From contig CM041465.1 of assembly GCA_023213395.1 (NCBI GenBank), forward strand, positions 141,057,741-141,121,740: 64,000 nucleotides of DNA, given 5' to 3'. Shown here piece by piece: positions 13,571 to 24,000 of the stretch. The position numbers were made by a program, and so were the translations under genes. Origin of the DNA: Cycas panzhihuaensis (Eukaryota; Plantae; Cycadophyta). Under the pieces are notes generated by a model. It was not told the DNA's origin. It searched no databases and saw nothing but the letters and a program-made list of their open reading frames with translations. Numbering within the stretch: the stretch's first letter is position 1; every line of letters begins with the position of its first letter.

Positions 13571-14913
13571 TCAGCCGCCTCCCCTTTTGGGGGCTCTGCC
13601 ACTTGTCTGGGATCTAAGGGTAGGCCCCTCAAGGAATGATTCTTTTAGAGTTTTCTGCGTACCTAGATCAACTTGGGCAGCCGAATCCTTCTCTCTTTGG
13701 ACTCTAGACGGGGGTCTACCAACCTGCTTCTCAGCACCTACATCCGGCAACTTCTTTTGAGGTGTTTGCAAGGTTGAATCAAGTGTTGCCTGCCCTGATT
13801 CCTCTGGGCAAGGCAAATCCACGTCCCCGTCCCCATCCCTAAGCCCGAGACGGCCTGGACCGACAATCGGCGGGGGGATATCCGTCCCCTTGTCCACCTC
13901 TCTCTCCAGCTGCCTCCGAGGCTTAGGTGAGACATTATGAATCGGCGTAACATCCCCCTTGGGGGGGTGTTCCTCTTCAACTAGGCACTTCGGCTCCCCA
14001 GTAACCTGAGCCGTTTGTGCATCCTCCTCGAGCAACGTGTCCTCCTCGTTTGGATCAAAGCCTGGGTTCAGATAAGAAGCATCCACCGCCTCCGATCGGC
14101 CAGGGCATTCTTGCTCCTCCTCTTTTCCTTCCTCCTTTTGGTTTGGCTCTACTAGATCTTCTTTTGGGGGTTGCATTCCCGGGCACTTTTCGGGCAGGTG
14201 TCCCAAATTCCTACATGTTGAGCATCTGAAATGATCCAACTCATATAGCAAAGGTTGAGCCCAGCTTTCGTTAGGGAGGTCCATCTAGATATCGTCTAAT
14301 AAAGGCTTATCTAACCTCACCAAGGCACAAATTCTGGCGTTAATAAGCCTGCTTCTGTTCTTCGTTGCCGAATCGACTGCTAGGAGGGGGCCTACCGCTT
14401 TCGCGATCCCATTAAAAACCTCCGGGTTCCAATGGTGAAGCGGCAACCCTGGTAGTTGGATCCATATAGGGGCTTGCCTAATTTTTAGAATCGAGGGATC
14501 AAAGCCCCTATGCCATTTCTCCAGATATAAGGCTTTTCTACTGAACATCCAAGGTGCCCTAATCAGTATGCTAGCCATATCTTCATGTGATGCAAATTTG
14601 AATAGCACACAGTCCTTAGGCATGGCTATTACCTCCACATTACTCGTTGTTTTCCATTTTGACCTCGTCCAAACCCTAATGGGCTCCAAACTGATCAGCC
14701 CGACAGGAACCTGCCGACAAGGCAGTTCTCCCACAGTTTCTCTGTTTTTTCGACCAAAGTAAGTGGAATTTTCAGTCTTACTTTATTGTCTTCGTACACC
14801 AGGGTTAAATCAAAGGATACTTCCTCATTTGATTTCAGGACATCTTTATAAGTTTTCCCAGAAGTCGGGTTAGGGCTTTGGTTCTGCTCTAGAAGGTAAG
14901 GATCTTTTTCCAT
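13571..14913 (-). pseudogene. LINE ORF1 (DUF4283/RRM-like region, CCHC zinc knuckle, acidic/Pro-rich tail); one frameshift near 14700 and one TAG at 14285
   Basis: NCLVGRF, APWMF, PIWIQLPGLPLHHW, ARICALV and CSTCRNLGHLPEKC motifs. Confidence 0.9.
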
Positions 14914-15316
14914 TTTTAATTTATTAACTGGCTAAAAAACTACGGACAGTAGGGCAAACATACCGTTAAATCTGTTTGCAGTTCTTCTAGGATTAACTCC
15001 TCTTTTAGCCGCACTTTTTCCAGAGCCACAAACTGTCTGTCTATAATTTTGAAACTTGGATTCTTTGTAGACTTGCACTCCAAGCAGGATAATCACTCTG
15101 GACTCCAGCCCTAACCTCCACCCCGGGAAGATATGGCGTCCTCTCGTCAAAACAAAAGCCTCACGCAGAACGAAGGGCAGAGCATAGAGAGGAGTGAGGG
15201 CCGCCTCCAGACAAGGGTATCTCTGTCCCAAGGAGGGAAACACCTGGCCGCCAAGCAGTTCCGTACCTTACCCCGCCACCATAGCTCAAACAAGGGATTT
15301 GAATAAAGAATCGAGA

Positions 15317-15430
15317 GCCCATGGGCCTCAGAAATAGCTCGACGTCCGGCCCCTTCACTTTTCCAAGGACGCCATGGCGTCCAAGACGCCTGGAGCTCAT
15401 CCTCCGTCCCCGCCTGCCGAAAACCCTAGC
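15317..15430 (-). promoter_or_regulatory. Putative LINE internal promoter: telo-box AAACCCTA (15421-15428) and site II-like GCCCA/TGGGCC palindrome (15317-15327)
   Basis: Motifs lie within 150 bp of the LINE 5' end; a telo-box is also present at the 5' end of the second copy (61152-61159). Confidence 0.5.
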
Positions 15431-18400
15431 TGCGAACCTTCAAAGTCTCTCTGCGTCGCTCGAAGCTCATGTACACATCCCATTAGATGAAGAGAAGGCT
15501 TAAGAGATATTATAGGCCATTCATGAGGTGACATATGTATAAATATATACACATATTACTTGATAACTTGAGAGAAGAAAAAATAATTTAGAGATGCTAT
15601 TCGTTTGATATCATAAAGAGGAATTTCTAACTTCAACCTTCTCCTATGGATTTTTTCATACTAAGATTTCCATATATAAATCTATTATCTCTTGTGGTGA
15701 TTCTTGTTACATGCTCATTGATATTATGATGATGTTTATTACTTTATAATATTCATGATATTACTTGATATGCTTATTTTACATACATATTTTTTGTACG
15801 TAATCCTCATGATATAATTAATTCATTATACATGATTAATATACTTTTGCTATGATTATGAGTACATTCCAATATGGTATCATGAGGAAATTCTAAATTA
15901 TTGTATGGTATCAGAGTTAAAAGACTATGAAAGATCTTATGGAGATTTGTGAATGCAATTTATTAGAGCCATGTTAAGAGTTTGGTTATTTACCTTGTTG
16001 TGAAAGAATGTGTGAGGTAAATTGAAGCCTTTGCAAGAGCTAGTTGAGTGAATAGTTGAGTCAGTATAAAGTAAGCGATAGAACTAGTATACGCTAGTAC
16101 ATGAGCTAATTTTGAGGATAATTTTGATAAACCAAAAACTAATTGTACTAGTGATATATGACCAAGATTCTAGGGAAGATAAAGATGATGAGAGTCACAT
16201 TAAGATGATGATAATAAAATTGATGGGTATGTTGATTATTGAATTTATATGGAAATTTATTTAATCATATGGTACACCTATATTAAGCATGCAAGTATGA
16301 AACAAGCCTATTGAATATGAAGAGATGAGAAGATGTTATTGTTGATTACATTCATCAATGTAAGTCTTCCATCTGTAGAAGTGATTGAGATTTTATGAGA
16401 TTAGACACCTCATTAAATCATAACATGCAATAGTTAGAAGATTAAATAAGAGAAGATATTTCAAGTTCATTAGCAAAGACTTTTGCAAGTGTCCTAGTAT
16501 TAAAGCTAAGGATTCGTTAGCATTTTTGAACCATTTTATAAGCTATTATGAGCATCTCATAATTGAGATTTGCTACTGGAGTGAAGCTAGTATCTTATCA
16601 AAGAATGAAATAGGTATTGTGCCTTTATAATGAAAAACAACAAAGTGGAATTATAACAAGTATGAGAGGTATTTGATAAATAGGTATAAGGCATGTTGGT
16701 AGTAAAGATTGGCAGGTTTGATATGAGTGTTAATAATAATAAAATTAGGGCATAAAATTTTATATAGTGAATATTAACCATAAAACTAGGGTTTTAATGA
16801 AGATTATGAAAGATGGTAGAACCCATTTTGAGGTGATAAATATTGAAGTTTATAGCATGGCATTTATATGTATCCCTCTATCATTATATTATGGAATCTT
16901 GTCCATCCAATACATATAGAAAATATTCAACCATAAACCTCAACCCATGTGCTATTGTTGGGCCCTTCACTACCATCCCAATGTAAGGATATCAACATGT
17001 AATCCTTACTCATAAAATTTCCAAAATTTGTATGCTTTTGATAATATTTTCATCGAATATCCTCTAGTATTAATTAAGCCTTAACAAATAGCTTGATTGA
17101 TGCCTATGGTGTCTAAAAAATAGAAAACTAGTAATTTATGAAGATGATGCATTGTGATTAAATATATATGAATAGCAATAATAAAGGGTTTTATGACAAC
17201 ATGACTTCTTATCTAGTGACCAATTATTTAGAGATTTTTTTTGCTTACAAATAATCTGTGAGACGTGTGTATTTTTGTCATAAAAGGAAAAGCATAATTG
17301 GCACTCTGATTATGCAATAATCTATTATTATTGAAGTCTGACACCATTATTGGAGGACCATCAATCTACCATTATGTAAATCCATTATATATTTCAATGA
17401 ACTTAATCACCTAGCATCATGATGATTCAGATATTTACCCAAAAAATAATGAGTATATTAAATTATTTTATAGAGAAATTTAACTATTGATGAGTTTATT
17501 TGTTATCTAGAATATTACAAGTAAAATATGATCTTATTATTAAAAAACTTGTGTGTTGATTGATGTAACCTGATTGGAATACAATTTGAAATTCATTGGA
17601 ATGGATGGACATCATAATTTCATAAGCTAAAATTAATTCTTTTTGCATTATCAAAACTTGATTAAACTAAATTAGATAAATTTTAAAATCTGTTAAAGCC
17701 CCTTTGACATAAGTGGATGGCTACATGCACTTGCCACATGACCAATGGCCCATTCAGAACTCATTTTCTTAAGCATTATTCATTTTTTAATGACACACTA
17801 ATGCATTTTTAAGTATAACTTTTCACTAGAGTGTTAGATTTAGATGCTATCAATTGTATTGGAAATAGAATTTTGAGATAGCTAAAAGGAATGGTCACAA
17901 GGCATATTTTAGAAATAAGATCATAGAGATTTTAATGGGTAAGGATGAGAAAAGTGATTTTGACCTCATAAAAGATTTATTTTTTGAGTTTTTTTAGATT
18001 TGTTTTGGTACCTTTTGAAGTTTTTAAAGGCTTTAAAGATTATGATGATGAGATTAATGATTGTCAAAGAAAGAAAAAGTAGATTTAGCTTAAAATTGAA
18101 TATATATAAAGGCTTATTAATGATAGTTCAAGACTCAAAACTAATGAAAATTTGATGATGTGAAAAATTAATGATGTGGGTATCTTGATATATATGTTCG
18201 ATATGATTAAAATCCCCTTTGGTACTTATCACATTTGATTTAGTGAAGAGCTTCACTAATCAAATATAATGATCACCTATTTTATTAATGAATCAATAAA
18301 TGATGATTGATGATACCACCTATTCTATATTAATGAAGGGCATAATTTATTTATAATTGATATTGGATAGTTGTTAATAATATTAGTTCCACCTATTTAT

Positions 18401-20169
18401 GATACATAGAGAAGAAGTCCCATATATGAATTACTTGGCATATCAAAATCAATTGTTGAAGAGTCAAACTAATATATGATATATGTTTATTAGTGAGAAA
18501 TTTGACTTGTCATGTATAAAAAGAGGTATGGAAACATACTATTTATATTAATTTATTACAACTAGCTTTACTTGTTTAAGTGGTACACTTTATTCCTAGA
18601 GTTAGCATATTTAATTTATTGATTTATTGATGTTGATGATATTTTATTGGTTGTCAAAAGAAAGTTACAAATATAGGTAGATGCATTGTTGGATGTAATA
18701 TACAAGTTATTTTCTTATATATAATTGGCAAGATGAATGAGACTAATCTTATATAACATATAAATTGTATTGTTATTCTTATATGCAAGAGGCAAGACAT
18801 TTATACTACTCCTATACAATATATTAGCCTAACAACTAATGCTATTTTATTTATTAATGAATCATGTACATGAAACACTTCCTAGAGAACTAACAATTAT
18901 AATAATTGATAACTTATATACTTTAGTAATTGGTTGTTATTTTATATAGACATCAATAATCATTTTTATTTATGATTTTGATGAGATGATAGATTGATAA
19001 TATTGATTGAAAGTAGATTTATAGGTAAAGATATGAACTTGTTGTTGAGGAAACTTCATATAACATGATAAGTAAAATTCATAAAATAAAAATTGTTGTT
19101 TAGTTGATTAATGATTGGTTTACAAGTATTTTATAGTTGGTTGCTCACAGTTAGTTATTAATGACCACAACTGACTATAATTGATTACATTTTAATTACT
19201 TATAAGAAATAAGAATGATATTGATATATTTATAAGTTTTTCAAGTTACATGTGATGTAACTTAATATAAATTAATACAGATTATAGGTTTACAAATTCT
19301 AGTATATCAAGAAATAAAGACATTAAACATTAAGGGGGAGTACTAAAATATATAATATTTTTTAATATAGTATCACTGTGAAATTATAAATTCTTATAAT
19401 ATATATAAGATAGGCAATTTAGAGTTGGTAATTACTAGAGAGGGTCAATTATTTCTTATAATCTCTTATACATTATTATGTCTAATATTATTAGATTAGC
19501 AAGTTGTTTATTATTGAAATAATATCTAGGCTAGGCCTTTTCTTATCTCTAATTTAGGTGTATTTAATTTTTATATTATTTAATTATAACATGATTTCTT
19601 TATCATTGAGTTATTATTATTGATTATTTATGTTTAATCAATCAAATGAGTCATATTAATATCATCATATAAGATATTTCTTAGATATACTAAACACTAT
19701 TAATTACATTATAAGGCCATGAGGCAAATTTGTTTAGTACACTTGTATATTACCTTTTATTGTAATTATTAAACAATACCTTTTTGGATATTTATATTCA
19801 TTATTTTTAGGGTATTGAATTAATAAAATTATTATTAATTAATGTTTATAATTTTTTAATATATCATTTAAATCTTTTATATATTTTCATATAGTAAAAT
19901 TCTATGATATATACATCATATGTATTTCATAGAATAATTTATTATAAAAATCATAATAAATGATAATTCAATTTATAAATCTAATTCAAATGCCCTTATA
20001 TATACTAAATTTTTTATTTGAATTTCAAAATGTAGTTATAATTCAATAAAGATTTAATATTGTTAACATATTGATATTTCTACTAAACTATTATTATCTA
20101 GAGAAAGTTATTATAACAAGTCTAAAAGTATCTTATATTATATATCCTACTCAAATAGGTTATGACTAT

Positions 20170-21055
20170 TAGAAAATATTATTTTAAAATAACAACCATA
20201 TATTATATAATTATTGGGTGTAATGCCTAATTATATATATTAACCCTATATAATATATCTCTATTCATTTGTTTATATTTTATATTAGAGGTTGTGGGCC
20301 ACTTAGAGATGTGTGACACCTTTATGTCAACCAATGCGATTCTCTCTCTAGTGGTGAGCAGGTATTATAGGTATATACTCTTCATTATCTCTAATTAAGT
20401 TTTGGCCAATTCTCCACATAAGGTGTTCATGTTATACATACTTCATTTCTCTTGTACTTTATTGTTTATTATTCACTCACTATTAGATGTTTGTTGTATA
20501 GTTTGCATTTCTAATTCCAACATGGTATTAGAGCCTAAGGTTTAATCCTTGATGGCACATCATTGTGAATATTTTGTACATGTTATCCTTCATTTTTAAT
20601 TTTTATTTGAGGAAGCTTTTATGCTAGTATTGTGATCTTCCATTGAAAGTTCATTTTAGATTATGAAGAACCAACCTGGTGTATATTTTAAGGGTTTTTT
20701 TTAATGAATATTTGGGGTAATTTTGTCATTTTAAGGGGATACTTATGGATATTAACAGTTATTATATGCTCTATTATTTGTGTTTTCTGAAGCTACGAGA
20801 TATGTTTTGAAGCTACTATAGGTCATCTATTCATGTAGGCCTGATCATCCTACAGAATCAATGTGTCTGCTATTAACATGCATGATTTTTTATGCATATA
20901 TGCAGCTATTATAAAGTAATCTCCTTAGATATCAGTGAGCAAATTGTAATAGAGATGCTTATAGTAGTTAAAGGAGTAATTTTTGGTTATCTAGAAGTTA
21001 AAAATGACTCTATCTTTAAATTTTTTTATAATTATGTAGTTTTCTATGAGGATGT
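20170..21055 (+). mobile_element. LTR plus PBS (tggtattagagc 20523-20534) and leader of a decayed LTR element; host of the 21056-26265 insertion, continuing after 26270
   Basis: ...ccaaCA followed directly by the PBS; left LTR boundary approximate. Confidence 0.55.
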
Positions 21056-24000
21056 TGTTAGAAATATAATAGACAAGGAGAACAGGTCAGAAGATATAAT
21101 AAACTTCAATATATTCAAAATAACAGTATTGCATCAAATATTCAATACAAATCTATGTAACAATGTAGCAATGTAGATCGATGTTGCACAAATAAACTAT
21201 GAGAGCATGATAACATTGTCTTCAATCCATTGTTGTTGAGAGCATGACAAATATCCTCAAAGGAGGTGGTGTCTAAAGACACCAGGGTTATACACCCTAT
21301 AATATAAATAGTTTTAGAGGAGGAGGGAAACTCCTCAACCCCTCAATTCAAATTAATAATAAAATAATGTAACTTAACTCAAATAAACTAACTCAAATTA
21401 ACATTAACTTACCTTAACTTACCTTAACATATTGAGCATCACATGTCTAAATTGAGGTGCATAATCCCGGTAGGTAAGAGGGAGTTGAGTGATGACATTA
21501 CACTCCAACATTCTCCCCCTTAATGTCAGCACGAACACTTGTATCTTTTCCTTGAACTTATGGAACTTGTACTTGAAAAAAACTTTGAAGTTCTGATCTT
21601 GATATTTATCAACTCTTCTCACTCTTATAGCCACATATGTCTCTTTATCATGGAATGATGTAGAAAAACTATAAGTAGATGAAACTTGATTCAAATATAA
21701 ATGAATAGCTGTAATTTTGACTTTGTCAACTAGAGCATTAAGAGGGTTTTGAACTTGAACTTTTGTAATATTTATGCTTTGAACAACTATCATATCATCA
21801 GGTTCATTCTTTGTCATATCATCAGATTTATTCTTCATTATGTCATAAGATTCATCTTCATTCTCCCCCTCAAATGGAGGATCAAATCCTTGTGCAACAA
21901 GGTGGTCCTGCATTTGATCTGAATCTTCATGGGTGTTATCGCTATGCTTCACCTGTTCTGTCATCTGTCTCACATGCTCATCAAAAATTTCATCAAATAC
22001 ATTGGGGGTATCTCCCCCATAAATGGAAATCAATAAATCTCAAACTGATTTAGAAGTTGTTAAATCACATACCTTTGAAAAAATTTCATCATTCATAGTA
22101 CAAAACAATAAACCTAATGCTTCATTATCCTTTTGAATATATTCTTTAATGATAACATCATAATCATGTTACAAATATTTCCACAAATCATGTTCAATAA
22201 AATAGTTTCTCATAGTGTTATACCATTGTGCAAAATTTTGGCCATCAAAAATAGGAAATCGAGTCATTTTATCAAACAACTTTAGTATGTAAAATGAATA
22301 TGCTTTAACAAGTTAAAATATTAATAAATCAATGAATATGATTTCAAATACCCTTTAGAAGGTCAATCAACTAGGCATAATAAGAAAATAATCCTTTTTA
22401 AAAATGATAAAAGAACTTTTTAATATAGGTACACCTTTCAAATAAACTTTGAGATAAAGTGAATATAAGAGCACATATAAAGATCTTTTGCCTTGATAAT
22501 AATGTAAAAGGCTAAAAATAAAATATATAAAAGTATTTTTTACTTTAAAAAAGATAACAATATAAAGAAATTTTTAATAAAAAATTAATATGCTCCTTAA
22601 AAGAAGGTTTAAATGATAACCTTAGGTTTGAGGGATTCAAAAGGATATTAAATGATATCATAATGATATAAAACTTTATGAGTATAAAGATAAACAAAAT
22701 GTAAACCCAACAGAACTAACCGTTCTAAAAATGGGTTCCTAGAAATCACGTTTTAGTGAATTAAAGGTACAAGCCTCATTTTGAGGCTAAACAGGAGCAG
22801 GGGGTTAAAATGCTAACAAAATACTTATAGAATACTATAAGGTGATCAAATATTGTTTATAAAATTGTTCAATGTACTTTCAATTGAAAAATTTTAAAAA
22901 AATATATTTAAAAATGTGTAAAAATAACAGTTTTGAGGTAATAAAGTACCTCTATTTTGAATGATTTAAAAATTAAGAAAAATATATCAAAATGTATAAA
23001 ACATTATGTCAAATCGAAGAGAATTGAGTCAGATTCCCAACAAAACTAACAGAATTAAATTCTGATACAAAATAAAAAAGTTATAGCAAAAATAGTAATA
23101 AGTGTCTTGATGTAAAAATGTTAAGAAATATGCTAAAAACAACTAAATTCCCACTTTTAGCGATTAAAATACTAATGAAAATGAATTTAAAAAATTAAAA
23201 TAAGAAGTGGGTATTGAAGTTTATAGAATTAGATCACTATAGAAGAAGTCCAAGCAGAGAACAATTTACCAGTAATAAATTACAGGCAGTTCTAAAAGTG
23301 ATTTTGTTAAAAGTGTGAAAAAAGCTGAAAATTTGAATATCTGACGTTAAATTGACCGAAATAGGGTCAAATCTACACCAAATTGGTCATATGACTAGTC
23401 AAAATTGGTGTACAGAAAATTTCTGATCTAATGGAGGTGGTTTCATCTAAAACCGATGCTTCAGCAAAGAATTATGGCAAAAAAAATAAGGTCAATAATC
23501 CTATATAAAAATGAAAAATTAGAAAAAATAAAAGGAAAACATTAATTAAAAAATGAAAAACCTCTTTAAGGGTGACTAATGGTCACGTGATGGTGTCTAT
23601 ATGACCAGAGGCCAGAGGAAAACCGGCTAGGGTTTAAAATGTAGATTTATATTAAATACAATTTACCTTTATTAAAAAATAAAACGTTTTAAAAAAAACG
23701 TAATTGTTCAAATGTGCCGGCCGCAATATATACATATATATATAATAAAAGGAGCGTCACTACCTGTACACACAGGCGCTGCCACTGTTTTTCCTAGCTG
23801 CTACAAAACTGCGACAAACGCACGGATTCCCAAGCTGCGAGCACGCACAAGACTGCTCGCAACGAGATGTTGTTTTCAAGAATCAAACATGGCTAATTAC
23901 GTGCCAGTATTAATCAAAGCGTGGCTGCGTCGAGGTTCTGTGCGCCAAATAGAAGACGGAGGTTGCGCGCCAAACAAAAGATAGAGGTGTCGTGGTAGGC

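Larger units (their letters stand above)
9208..15466 (-). mobile_element. Full-length L1-clade LINE (~6.26 kb) with RNase H
   Basis: TSD tcatgtacacatccca(tt) at 9192-9207 and 15467-15482; poly(A) tail seen as T12 at 9208-9219; ORF1 and ORF2 domains; GC- and CpG-rich, so relatively young. Confidence 0.97.
9005..19340 (+). mobile_element. Highly decayed LTR element: 5' LTR ~9005-9207 plus 15467-15874 (split by the LINE), doubled PBS, decayed copia-like interior, PPT taagggggag 19331-19340
   Basis: LTR homologous to 1377-1871; PBS tggtatc at 15875 and 15906. The sequence after the PPT (19341-~19860) does not visibly match the 5' LTR, so the interior may be composite. Confidence 0.5.

Noticed and set aside
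9342-14762. Numerous + strand ORFs overlapping the LINE
   Set aside because: Antisense shadows of GC-rich ORF1/ORF2 with no independent motifs
19341-19860. Candidate 3' LTR partner for the LTR at 9005-15874
   Set aside because: Follows a PPT but shows no visible similarity to the 5' LTR, so pairing is unsupported
23891-23907. ggctaattacgtgccag resembles the conserved 16S rRNA segment ggctaactacgtgccagcagcc
   Set aside because: Only ~17 nt match and the flanks show no rRNA similarity; likely chance
23712-23984. 90-aa ORF in the CpG island as a real gene
   Set aside because: Runs through the (TA)n tract and has no recognisable domain; the island is reported as a finding instead
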